Source of the DNA: Candidatus Peregrinibacteria bacterium | GTDB taxonomy: Bacteria; Patescibacteriota; Gracilibacteria; Peribacterales; Peribacteraceae | Length of the DNA: 64,000 nt | Direction of reading: 5' to 3' | Assembly (NCBI GenBank): GCA_016196225.1 | Contig: JACPXZ010000031.1 | Location: 359 to 64,358 of the forward strand | In this document: in pieces, positions 9,222 to 18,120 of the stretch | Numbering within the stretch: position 1 is the first letter of the stretch | Layout: each line of letters starts with the position of its first letter | Translations under genes and position numbers: made by a program | The notes under the pieces: model-generated | Seen by the model: the letters and a program-made list of their open reading frames with translations, nothing else | The model's database searches: none | What the model was told of the DNA's origin: nothing

Positions 9222-10445
9222 TTACCCCGTAATCCAGTCCTTTTGATCCGGTAACGGATCTTCCCGTTGAGTACGTGTTGGATCGTGCTTCCACGGAGCA
9301 ACGGCCAGAGGCGAGACGATGGCATAGAGCTCGTCTTCGGACATGTCCATCCATTTAAGGAAGACATCCAGACTTCCCGGGCGTTTGCCTTCCCATTTTC
9401 CGATCTTCTCCATGGCCTCCTCGCGCGTCATGCGGCCATTGCGGATATCGATCGAACAGAGGTGGGACATGCGCCCGTAGCCTCTCTTGATGAATTTCAG
9501 ATAGTCCTGCACGCCTTGCATCATGTCCTCGATCTTCTCATAGTTGAATTCCGGCGGGACCCCTTCGACACGATCTCCTTCCCATCCGAGCTCTTTCTCG
9601 ATGATCTTCACTTGTTTCTTCACATCCCATGGAATGTAGCTCCCCAAGCAGACCGATCGGCATTTGATTGCGCGCAAATCCGCACGTGCGGGATATATGA
9701 ACGGCTGCATGTCGCGCATCGTCACCGGCAGGTCCTCTTTAAATTTGGGATGTTCATTCAGCATACCGAGCATGTCTTGGGCGGTAATGCCCAAATTAAC
9801 GAACATGTTAAAGCGTCGCTCGTCCACTTCCTCCTGTTCATCGTATCCATAATATCCGGTGTACTCCGCTTGCGGTTCACCCCACACCACCAGTGGTACA
9901 TTGAACTTTACTGCAATCTGCATCGGGTAACTGAAAATTCCCGAGTGCTGATACCAGAGAATATCTCCCTTCCGTTCGAGTGACACACGCATCGTCTTTT
10001 TTACAAGATGCCAGTCTGGACGGAAAGAGAGGAAATCGATCCCGAGGCGCTTGAGCGTCCGTTCACGATTTTCGAGCGTCTGTGGACGAAGCAAATGATG
10101 ATCGAAACTCACGATAAGCGGCTTGAGGTTGTAGCGATCTTTGAGTGCCCATGCCGTGAAGGTGCTGTCCTTGCCCCCGCTAAAAGGAATAATACAGTCA
10201 TAGTCGTATTTTCCTCGGTAATCTTCCAGAAAATTTAACCATTGCTGTTCCTTCTGGCTCCAATCAATTTTTTCCTGTTTGAATTCGTTGTTCCGGCACG
10301 CGTTACAAACACCCTCTGCGTCAAATGCAATGACTTCCTGCGTCTCGGGCATCACGCACTTGCTGCAACGCTTGAGCAGCAGCGAATCGGAGACAACCCG
10401 GCGGTTTTCTGTTTGGTCACCCGGCGCGAGAGTGGTTGTATTCAT
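9222..10445 (-). CDS. N-acetyl sugar amidotransferase (second WbpG/WbuX/PseA-family paralogue)
   Basis: CSKCVMPETQEVIAFDAEGVCNAC and PP-loop IIPFSGGKDST. There is an ATGA overlap with the upstream GNAT gene. Confidence 0.85.
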   Translation of the reverse strand: MNTTTLAPGDQTENRRVVSDSLLLKRCSKCVMPETQEVIAFDAEGVCNACRNNEFKQEKIDWSQKEQQWLNFLEDYRGKYDYDCIIPFSGGKDSTFTAWALKDRYNLKPLIVSFDHHLLRPQTLENRERTLKRLGIDFLSFRPDWHLVKKTMRVSLERKGDILWYQHSGIFSYPMQIAVKFNVPLVVWGEPQAEYTGYYGYDEQEEVDERRFNMFVNLGITAQDMLGMLNEHPKFKEDLPVTMRDMQPFIYPARADLRAIKCRSVCLGSYIPWDVKKQVKIIEKELGWEGDRVEGVPPEFNYEKIEDMMQGVQDYLKFIKRGYGRMSHLCSIDIRNGRMTREEAMEKIGKWEGKRPGSLDVFLKWMDMSEDELYAIVSPLAVAPWKHDPTRTQREDPLPDQKDWITG

Positions 10446-10978
10446 TGCCTTACGGACGCGTATCTTCTCATAATGACCTGGTCGTGCAAGGTATTTCCAT
10501 GCCTTATGGCGCCTTTGTTTGTGCGATCAATGGTAAATCCGCATTTCTCGTACACTCGAATGGCGGGCTTGTTTTCCGCAATGACCCCCAAATTCACCTC
10601 CTCAAGACCGAGAACATCGAAAGCAAACTGGGTAACGACATTCGTTACCTCTGTTCCAATACCCTTGCCCCAATACTTCTTATCTCCGATGAGGAGCCCG
10701 ATAGTTGCCTTCTTTTTCTTCCGCTCAATCGGTTCTAATTTAACATTTCCGATGTGCTTTTTTGTCCGCTTGCAGAAAATGCCCAAGAGGAGGGCTCCTT
10801 CGTCTGCATTCTTGTCATGGATAAAATCCTTCAAATCCTGGATAGTCACTGACCTCGTTTCCAAATACTGATTCACCACCGGATCATTCAGCCAACCGGC
10901 ATAATCGTCGCTCGCATCATCTTCACACAGTTCATGAAGTTCTACCTGTGCCCCCTCAAGATGGACATCGTGCAGCAC
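10442..10978 (-). CDS. GNAT family N-acetyltransferase (RimJ/RimL-like)
   Basis: GNAT motif A is IGDKKYWGKGIGTEV, followed by RVYEKCGF. The start is set to GTG 10978-10976, which shares one base with the TAG stop of the upstream aminotransferase (TAGTG). Confidence 0.75.
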   Translation of the reverse strand: MLHDVHLEGAQVELHELCEDDASDDYAGWLNDPVVNQYLETRSVTIQDLKDFIHDKNADEGALLLGIFCKRTKKHIGNVKLEPIERKKKKATIGLLIGDKKYWGKGIGTEVTNVVTQFAFDVLGLEEVNLGVIAENKPAIRVYEKCGFTIDRTNKGAIRHGNTLHDQVIMRRYASVRQ

Positions 10979-12291
10979 TAGGTGAGGCGGGAGAAATCCG
11001 AACGAGACGTGGGACCTTTGAGCATAGCTTCCACCGATCCTTCCTTTACGGCTTTGGCAATGATGCAAAATACCTCTTCGCACACACGCAGGTATTTCTC
11101 GACATGCGATGCCGTGTGCGCATAGGTGGCATAGAAGTCCAAACTCGCGAGGTATCCCCGCGCCAGCATCTCCTGGCTAAAGAGCGTTGCCATCGCGCGG
11201 TTTTTGTCCCCTGCAAAGACAAAATGACTCATTGGTTTCATGCCGGAGACCGCAATCTCCACTCCCGCGGCTTTGGCTGCCTTCTGCCATCCTCGCTGCA
11301 CGAGGTCACCCATACGAATGAGATGTTCATGCACTGCCTTTTCCCGACATTTGCGAATGGTCGCAAGAGCAGCCACCGGACCAATGCGTTCTGTCCAATA
11401 GGTACTGCTGATGAATGATTTTTCTGCCGCGGACATGACTTCCTGCGTGCCGATAATCGCCGCCATAGGATAGCCGTTACTCATACCCTTCGCAAAGACC
11501 GCCATATCGGGCGTCACACCAAAGAGCAGATGTGCCCCGCCGCAGGTCAGGCGGAAACCGGCGGAAACTTCGTCGAACACAAAAACGGCGCCGGTTCGAT
11601 TGGCGATGGCGCGGACTCCTTCAAGGAAGCCTGGCTGCGGATCGTGTCCGCGAATGGGCTCCATGATAATGGCCGCAAGATTTTCTCCGTGCTTCTTCAC
11701 AATGGCCTCCAATTCTTCCAGATGGTTATAGCGAAAAGGAAGCGCGGTTCCACCGAGCGCACGCGGCACGCCGCTCGGCTCAAGCCCGGGAAGGAGATGC
11801 TCTTTCAATGCTTCACCGCTTCCGATATTCGCCGCCAGATACCAGTCATGCCATCCGTGGTACCCGCAAAATGCAACGATATCCCGTCCCGTCTTTGCCC
11901 GCGCTATTCGCACAGCAACCGCCATGGCCTCACCTCCACATCTGGAATAGCGCACTTGCTCTGCCCATGGATGGAGTTCGATCAAAAGTTCGGCAAGTTC
12001 CACCTCTTCCGGACAGTTGAGCGTTGCCATTGTTCCTTTTTCGATCGCGCCCCGTACCGCGGTATCGACGTCGGGGTCTGCCGCACCCAACATACATGCG
12101 CCAATGCCGCTGATACACATGTCGATATAGTGGTTTCCATCGAGATCCCAAATATCGACTCCTTTTGCACGATCATAGTAGGCAGGCCACAGATCGGGGA
12201 GGAAGCGCTCCGGCCGTTTGGAGAGAAGCTGTGTTCCGCCTGGAATCAGTGTTTTTGCCTTTTTATAGAGGTTTTGTCCCTGATTTGACAT
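10978..12291 (-). CDS. class III PLP aminotransferase (glutamate-1-semialdehyde 2,1-aminomutase-like)
   Basis: 437-aa ORF with GTQLLSKRPE, DEVSAGFR and FAKGMSNGYP (PLP-lysine region). Confidence 0.85.
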   Translation of the reverse strand: MSNQGQNLYKKAKTLIPGGTQLLSKRPERFLPDLWPAYYDRAKGVDIWDLDGNHYIDMCISGIGACMLGAADPDVDTAVRGAIEKGTMATLNCPEEVELAELLIELHPWAEQVRYSRCGGEAMAVAVRIARAKTGRDIVAFCGYHGWHDWYLAANIGSGEALKEHLLPGLEPSGVPRALGGTALPFRYNHLEELEAIVKKHGENLAAIIMEPIRGHDPQPGFLEGVRAIANRTGAVFVFDEVSAGFRLTCGGAHLLFGVTPDMAVFAKGMSNGYPMAAIIGTQEVMSAAEKSFISSTYWTERIGPVAALATIRKCREKAVHEHLIRMGDLVQRGWQKAAKAAGVEIAVSGMKPMSHFVFAGDKNRAMATLFSQEMLARGYLASLDFYATYAHTASHVEKYLRVCEEVFCIIAKAVKEGSVEAMLKGPTSRSDFSRLT

Positions 12292-12353
12292 AAAAACAGT
12301 ATAGCAAACAACGTATTCTCTTGCTTGCTTATTTTGGCTATTCTGGGAACTGT

Positions 12354-13574
12354 ATGGATCCTCAACGGTTATCTTCCCTAAAGTGCATGTCTCCTCAAAA
12401 GAAAAATCGACCCTCTCATCAAGAGAGCCCCGAGAGTTTTATTGTATTCGGAGCACCCCAAATTGAACAAGACGAGATTGACGAAATGATTGCAACACTC
12501 AAAAGTGGATGGATAGGAACCGGGCCAAAGGTACAACAGTTTGAACAAGCGATGCGTGTCTACAAAAATGCAGAGTATACCGCTGCTGTCAGTTCTTGTA
12601 CGTCTGCCATGCATCTGAGCATGATTGCCGCAGGCATTGGACCGGGAGACGAAGTGATTGCCCCCGCGATGACCTTCTGTTCGACCATCAATGCGATTTT
12701 ACATGCGGGCGCCACGCCCGTTCTTGCAGACATCGATCCGCGCACAATGAACATTGACCCGAAGGACATGGCGCGGAAAATTACCAAACGCACGCGCGGG
12801 TTCTTGCCCGTTCATTTCGCCGGCCGTCCTTGCGAGATGAATGAACTCATGGCCCTTGCGAAGAAGCACGATTGCAAAGTCATTGAAGATTGCGCACACG
12901 CTATTGAAACGGAATACGAAGGAAAGAAGGCAGGAACATTCGGCGATTTTGGAGCACTCAGTTTTTACGTCACCAAAAACATGACGACGGGAGAAGGGGG
13001 GATGGTCCTGGCCAAACGAAAAGAAGATATCGACCACATCAAAGTGCTCGCTCTCCACGGCATGAGCAAGGACGCGTGGGCGCGATTTTCAGACAAGGGA
13101 TACAAACATTACCTCGTTACCCACCTTGGCTTCAAATACAACATGACCGATATGCAGGCTTCTCTCGGTCTTCATCAACTGAGGCGCCTGGAACACAACT
13201 GGCAACGCCGGCAGCACATTTGGAACCGCTACCAGAGAGAACTTGCCGATTTGCCTATCACTCTTCCCGCAGAACCGGCTCCCGACACCCGTCATGCCTA
13301 TCATCTCTTTCCCGTCCTCATTGAGGAGAATGCAGGCATGACACGTGATGCGTTCATGGAAGAAATGACCAAGCAAAAGATCGGCGTGGGGGTTCACTAT
13401 CTCAGCATTCCCGAACACCCGTACTATCACGATCATTTGGGATGGAACGCGGAGGATTTTCCTCATGCGAGACACATCGGACAAACAACCGTAAGCATTC
13501 CCCTCTCCGCAAAATTAACAGACGCCGAAGTTGATCGCATCATCGAAACGGTTCATCAAATTTTGCAACGATGA
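12354..13574 (+). CDS. DegT/DnrJ/EryC1/StrS family sugar aminotransferase (PseC/PglE-like)
   Basis: FGAPQIEQDEIDEM, SCTSAMHL and FYVTKNMTTGEGG (PLP lysine). ATG 12354 is chosen, with ATG 12387 and TTG 12321 as alternatives. Confidence 0.9.
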   Translation: MDPQRLSSLKCMSPQKKNRPSHQESPESFIVFGAPQIEQDEIDEMIATLKSGWIGTGPKVQQFEQAMRVYKNAEYTAAVSSCTSAMHLSMIAAGIGPGDEVIAPAMTFCSTINAILHAGATPVLADIDPRTMNIDPKDMARKITKRTRGFLPVHFAGRPCEMNELMALAKKHDCKVIEDCAHAIETEYEGKKAGTFGDFGALSFYVTKNMTTGEGGMVLAKRKEDIDHIKVLALHGMSKDAWARFSDKGYKHYLVTHLGFKYNMTDMQASLGLHQLRRLEHNWQRRQHIWNRYQRELADLPITLPAEPAPDTRHAYHLFPVLIEENAGMTRDAFMEEMTKQKIGVGVHYLSIPEHPYYHDHLGWNAEDFPHARHIGQTTVSIPLSAKLTDAEVDRIIETVHQILQR

Positions 13575-14353
13575 CCCGCCGTATTGCCTCCCCGATTTCG
13601 ACGTTCTTTGCAGACTTTCACGCGGCAGAGGGAATCATGCGGGCGAGTGACTGCCTCGAATGCCGCGACCATTTCGCTCAGCAGCAATACCCGCACGAAG
13701 AGCTGTTCCATTTTGAAGCGGAGCTCATTAAGTCCTGGTCCGATTCCGAGCGCTCTTTTATTCAAAAGAACATCGCAGCAAAACCAGACCTGCGCATTCT
13801 CTCGTTTCATGCCGGATCATCCTTTACCAAACCAAAAATCGTCAATCAGCACTTTGAACCGGGCGGCGAACGCGTCGCCGCCAGCGATCTGCAAAAGAAT
13901 GCCCGGGAAAACGTGATGTGGCTGCGTTCCGTATTGGACAAAGAGCAAACGATTGCCCTCGAGAATAACAACTACTATGCGACACCTGCGTACGATGACG
14001 TGACCGACGGATCGTTTTTAACGGCCGTCCTGGAAGAAAACAACATCGCACTCCTGTTCGACATCGCCCATGCGCACATTACCGCTTGTAACAGAGGACT
14101 CTCGTTTGAGGAATACACCGCAAACCTTCCACTGCAAAGAGCGGTGCAAATTCACATTTCGCGATGCATCATCAACCCAGACGGTTCTGCTTCGGATGCG
14201 CATCTTCCCCCGGACGGGGAAGTATTCGCCGAGGTGAAAACATTTACTCTCCGTTTCCCGCAGATTCGCTACTTTACGATTGAGTATTATCAGGACGCAG
14301 GTATCCTTCTCCAATCCCTGGTTCGTCTCCGCGCTCTTCTTTCCACCTTGTAG
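13571..14353 (+). CDS. xylose-isomerase-like TIM-barrel protein (DUF692-like pattern)
   Basis: ATGA overlap with the DegT gene. The pattern IALENNNYY...LLFDIAHAHITACNRGLSFEEY...VQIHIS resembles the DUF692/AP-endonuclease-2 clan. Confidence 0.5.
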   Translation: MTRRIASPISTFFADFHAAEGIMRASDCLECRDHFAQQQYPHEELFHFEAELIKSWSDSERSFIQKNIAAKPDLRILSFHAGSSFTKPKIVNQHFEPGGERVAASDLQKNARENVMWLRSVLDKEQTIALENNNYYATPAYDDVTDGSFLTAVLEENNIALLFDIAHAHITACNRGLSFEEYTANLPLQRAVQIHISRCIINPDGSASDAHLPPDGEVFAEVKTFTLRFPQIRYFTIEYYQDAGILLQSLVRLRALLSTL

Positions 14354-14356
14354 TCC

Positions 14357-15103
14357 TTGGACAAAAAAGTCGTTCTCATTACAGGCGCATGCGGCCAACT
14401 CGGTCGTGCACTATGCACGGCATACAACAATGCCGGCGCAACCGTGATTGCCACGGACACACACGCAACCGCACAGAATCTGCCTGCAGGAGTGCATTAC
14501 TCCGCGATGGACGTCACCAACAAAGAGGATGTGCTGCACTGCTTCAGTACAGTCGCTGATGCACATGGAGCGCTGGATGTTCTCATCAACAATGCCGGTG
14601 TCAGTTGCTTCGAGTCGTTTGAGGAGCGACCGGAGTCCTCCATCGATTGGGTGATGAACGTTAATCTCAAAGGGACTCTCCTCTGCATACAGACCTATGT
14701 AAACCTGTTTGATGAAAAGAAGTACGCGCAGGGCAGCATTGTGAATATTGCCTCCATGTACGGCATCATCAGTCCTGATCCGTGTATTTATACCGACTGC
14801 CCCCGGAAAAATTCTGAAATTTATGGCGCAACAAAAGCAGGGGTCATACAGATGACGCGGTATTTTGCCGTTCATCTCGCATCCCGACATATCCGCGTGA
14901 ATGCCGTTTCGCCCGGAGGTATCCTGAACCCCGAAAATCCGCAGGGCACAGACTTTCAAAAAAACTACGCTGCCCGCTGTCCAATGGGGAGAATGGCATT
15001 ACAGGAAGAGATCACCGGTGGCGTCCTCTTTCTGTCGAGTCCTGCTGCTTCGTACATCACTGGACACAACCTTGTTATTGACGGTGGAATGAGCTGTTGG
15101 TAA
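14357..15103 (+). CDS. SDR family oxidoreductase
   Basis: Apparent TTG start. Contains VLITGACGQLG, NNAG and the catalytic YGATKAG. Confidence 0.85.
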   Translation: MDKKVVLITGACGQLGRALCTAYNNAGATVIATDTHATAQNLPAGVHYSAMDVTNKEDVLHCFSTVADAHGALDVLINNAGVSCFESFEERPESSIDWVMNVNLKGTLLCIQTYVNLFDEKKYAQGSIVNIASMYGIISPDPCIYTDCPRKNSEIYGATKAGVIQMTRYFAVHLASRHIRVNAVSPGGILNPENPQGTDFQKNYAARCPMGRMALQEEITGGVLFLSSPAASYITGHNLVIDGGMSCW

Positions 15104-15116
15104 GATTTTTGCACTT

Positions 15117-15956
15117 ATGACGGTGCTCAATTTTCAGCATCTGGAAGAACAAAACAACGTTTTTGTTATTGCAGAAATCGGCATCAACCATTCCGGTAAT
15201 ATGGAAAAGGCACGGGCATTGATTCGAGAGGCGGCTAACGTCAAAGCTGATGGAGTAAAACTCCAGACATATATCACCGAAAAACGCGTCCCCAAGGATT
15301 CTCCAATTTTTGATATTCTGAAGAAGTGTGAGCTTTCTTTTGAGCAACAGGCGATACTTTTTAAAGAAGCAAAAGAGCAATCGGTTGTCCTTTTTTCAAC
15401 ACCGTTCGATGAGGAGTCTGTCGATTTTTTAGAGGAAATGGATGTGCCATGCTTCAAAATAGCATCATTTGACATCGTCAATCAAAAACTTCTCCAGTAC
15501 ATTGCCGCAAAGGGCCGCCCCGTTCTTTGTTCTCGCGGCATGGCAAATAGAGAGGAAATTGATCGGGCACTCGCTACTTTCCGCACACAAAAAACTCCTC
15601 ACGCATTGTTGCACTGTATTTCTGCATATCCTGTTGCCAGTCTATCCGATCTTCATCTTCGTACTATTCCGGTACTGAAGGAACGCTACCATTGCCCCAT
15701 TGGATACTCGGATCACTCAAAGGGAATAGAAGCTGCCCCCATAGCAGTAGCAGCCGGCGCTGTCATTATAGAGAAGCATTTTATGCTCGAAAGCGATGCG
15801 GATGCCCCCGATGCGCCTGTAAGTCTCATCCCGCAAAAGTTTCAAGAAATGGTGCTTTCGATTCGACATATCTCTGAGATGCTCGGAAACTCTGTATGGG
15901 GGGCAACAGAGGCAGAAAAAGGTACACTCCAGTTTCGCCGTGTCCAAAGCCTATGA
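15117..15956 (+). CDS. NeuB-family nonulosonic acid synthase-like protein, TIM-barrel domain only
   Basis: FVIAEIGINHSGNMEKA, KLQTY, KIASFD and GYSDHS. The protein ends at ...LQFRRVQSL, where the C-terminal SAF domain normally begins. Confidence 0.85.
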   Translation: MTVLNFQHLEEQNNVFVIAEIGINHSGNMEKARALIREAANVKADGVKLQTYITEKRVPKDSPIFDILKKCELSFEQQAILFKEAKEQSVVLFSTPFDEESVDFLEEMDVPCFKIASFDIVNQKLLQYIAAKGRPVLCSRGMANREEIDRALATFRTQKTPHALLHCISAYPVASLSDLHLRTIPVLKERYHCPIGYSDHSKGIEAAPIAVAAGAVIIEKHFMLESDADAPDAPVSLIPQKFQEMVLSIRHISEMLGNSVWGATEAEKGTLQFRRVQSL

Positions 15957-17137
15957 AGACACTCTTGCTTTGCGGAGAGCGGGAAGGGGGCGATATGCTT
16001 GTGGCAGAGGTGGCAGGAGCGACGCTCGCCTTTTTACAGAAGACCGTTGCGGATGCGCATACTCATACTTACCGCAATGGTGACGATCTTATTGCCGAAG
16101 TGAAGAAGCAAAATAGTGCCGTGCTGGTGACCAGCGTCGCACTGCCGGAACAGACGGTATTGGCATTACATGCGCTGGATGTCGTTCTGATGACCGTGTG
16201 TCTCGATCCCCCTTCCAGTGATCTTGCAGACATCTGCATTCATCCGCTCGTCCATGATAGGGAACGAGGGTTTTGCGGTCCAAAGTATCTTCTCCCTTGC
16301 GCTCTTGCCACAGAGAACAGTGAAGAGATAGCAGCGCGGCTTCATCTGTCCAAAGAAAATCTGTACGAAATAGTGCATCGCAGCTCTGCGGAAGAAGAAC
16401 TTCCAAAGATTGTGTCACTCTTTCAGAAACTGGAGTGGGACAGCCAATTTTTCGGATTCAATGTGGGATACGTGACCTGTCTCCGTTTAACACCAACCAT
16501 CCAAAAGCACGTGCGGTCGTTCGTGGAAAAGGAAGACATCGCCTTCCTGGAGTATCAGTGTGACTGCCATGATCGGACCTCTATCCTCGTTGCGGAACAA
16601 GCAGGATATTCGTTTGTGGACATGCGCATGACCTTTGGAAAGACGCTTCATGTCGTCGTGCCTTCTGAAAAACGAGAAGGCGTGGAATTTCGTAAAGCGA
16701 TCGAAGGAGATATTCCCACTCTGCGTCGCATTGCCCATGGCACCTATCGCGATACCCGCTACTACTTTGACGGTCATTTTAATGAAGTAAAACTCGCCCT
16801 CTTCTATGAAAACTGGATTGAGAAAGCCGTTCGGGGAACGTTCGACGACGAAGCGTATGTCCTCACCAAAAATGGAACGCCGATCGGCTATTGCAGCGTA
16901 CAATATCAAGGTCCCCAAAACGCGCAAATCGGGCTCATTGGCCTCGATGCAGAGCAGCGGGGACAGGATCTGGGAACCTATTTGCTTTCCCGCGTGCTCC
17001 ACGAAGTGTCGACGGTGGGAGTGCAGTACATTTACGTGGTGACTCAGGGTCGCAATTATGCCGCTCAACGTCTCTATCAAAAGTGCGGTTTTCGTACGGA
17101 AAAAACAGAACTGTGGTACCACAAGTGGTTCCGTTAA
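15953..17137 (+). CDS. two-domain protein: PseG-like N-terminal region plus WecD/PseH-like GNAT acetyltransferase
   Basis: ATGA overlap with the NeuB-like gene. It has a central LEWDSQFFGFNVGY (WecD-like) segment and GNAT motif A QRGQDLGTYLL...RLYQKCGF. The N-terminal ...GFCGPKYLL is PseG-like. Confidence 0.65.
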   Translation: MKTLLLCGEREGGDMLVAEVAGATLAFLQKTVADAHTHTYRNGDDLIAEVKKQNSAVLVTSVALPEQTVLALHALDVVLMTVCLDPPSSDLADICIHPLVHDRERGFCGPKYLLPCALATENSEEIAARLHLSKENLYEIVHRSSAEEELPKIVSLFQKLEWDSQFFGFNVGYVTCLRLTPTIQKHVRSFVEKEDIAFLEYQCDCHDRTSILVAEQAGYSFVDMRMTFGKTLHVVVPSEKREGVEFRKAIEGDIPTLRRIAHGTYRDTRYYFDGHFNEVKLALFYENWIEKAVRGTFDDEAYVLTKNGTPIGYCSVQYQGPQNAQIGLIGLDAEQRGQDLGTYLLSRVLHEVSTVGVQYIYVVTQGRNYAAQRLYQKCGFRTEKTELWYHKWFR

Positions 17138-17901
17138 TTGCTGTGTGAACGATATTCATGATCAGCCTGCAGAGCAGCTGCATGTCCTTCGTTGCGTTGA
17201 ATTCCCTCATTGAGTTTGCATAGTTCCGGTTGCTCCCGCAAAAGAGCAAGAATGTCTTCCATGCCAAAAGACTTCTCACCAAAATGGGAATATACCGCTT
17301 GTGCAAAAACAAGATCCTGTGGACGGTCTACAACCCATCGATAGGTATGCAAATCTTCTGTATATGGAACGTTATGGATACGAAAGCACTCTGGATGATT
17401 GGTAATATAAAATGTAACGTGTTCCCGCTCCGAGGGGAGCACCGCTTCCGTATGCATGCGTTCAAGCGTTGCAAAGGAGAATACCTCCGTATCCAGTCCA
17501 TCCGGATAGGTGGGAGGAAGAACATTACTGACATAATCGTGTTTCTGTGGATCGAATGCCCGGACCACCTTCTGGATGACTGCGGGATCATGCAGAGGAC
17601 AATCTGCAGTGATGCGTACAATAACATCTGCCCGGTAAGCACGTGCAGCATGGTAATATCGCGCAAGCACATCCGAGAGATCGCCGCGGAAACAGGAAAA
17701 TCCCTGTTTTTTGCAGTAGAGGGCGATGGGCTCATCGCTCGCATCGGTGGATGTGGCGACAATCACTTCGGCGATAGCCGGGGTTAACCGTACGCGCTCA
17801 ACAACGCGATAAAGCATGGGGCGTCCTCCTATATCTGCAAGAACTTTCTCAGGAAGCCTCGTAGAGGACATGCGTGCCTGAATAATGGCAACAATCTTCA
17901 T
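17134..17901 (-). CDS. cytidylyltransferase (SpsF/PseF/acylneuraminate cytidylyltransferase family)
   Basis: MKIVAIIQARMSSTRLPEKVL...GRPML is the N-terminal signature. Confidence 0.85.
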   Translation of the reverse strand: MKIVAIIQARMSSTRLPEKVLADIGGRPMLYRVVERVRLTPAIAEVIVATSTDASDEPIALYCKKQGFSCFRGDLSDVLARYYHAARAYRADVIVRITADCPLHDPAVIQKVVRAFDPQKHDYVSNVLPPTYPDGLDTEVFSFATLERMHTEAVLPSEREHVTFYITNHPECFRIHNVPYTEDLHTYRWVVDRPQDLVFAQAVYSHFGEKSFGMEDILALLREQPELCKLNEGIQRNEGHAAALQADHEYRSHSN

Positions 17902-17960
17902 AGGTCTGGATAGGCTAAAATAGCCTATTTTTTCTCATTGAAACAAGAAAAAACCCGTAA

Positions 17961-17988
17961 TTTGACAATTCTTGTAAAAATAGTACCA
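17961..17988 (+). promoter_or_regulatory. sigma70-like promoter candidate
   Basis: TTGACA (17961-17966), a 16-nt spacer, then TACCAT (17983-17988). It lies in the AT-rich gap upstream of the orphan gene. Confidence 0.35.
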
Positions 17989-18027
17989 TAGACAAGCTCT
18001 TTCGATCATTCACATCAGAGATCAGGA

Positions 18028-18071
18028 GGCAGGTCTTTTGCACGTTTTTTAATGCGTGCAAAGGTCCTGCC
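18028..18071 (+). promoter_or_regulatory. 17-bp stem-loop in the 5' leader of the orphan gene
   Basis: GGCAGGTCTTTTGCACG / CGTGCAAAGGTCCTGCC pair with one mismatch and one G-U. The 10-nt loop is ttttttaatg. The left arm overlaps AGGAGG (18024-18029), and the loop contains ATG 18052. Confidence 0.6.
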
Positions 18072-18120
18072 TCAATCTCGAGACAGGATCAAATCCAAAC
18101 CCCTTTATGAGGAAAATCGT

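Noticed and set aside
17910-17934. ATAGGCTA aaa TAGCCTAT hairpin followed by T6, read as a plus-strand terminator
   Set aside because: No plus-strand gene ends just upstream. The stem is short and AT-rich. It may instead belong to the 5' leader of the minus-strand cytidylyltransferase gene, and the evidence is insufficient either way.
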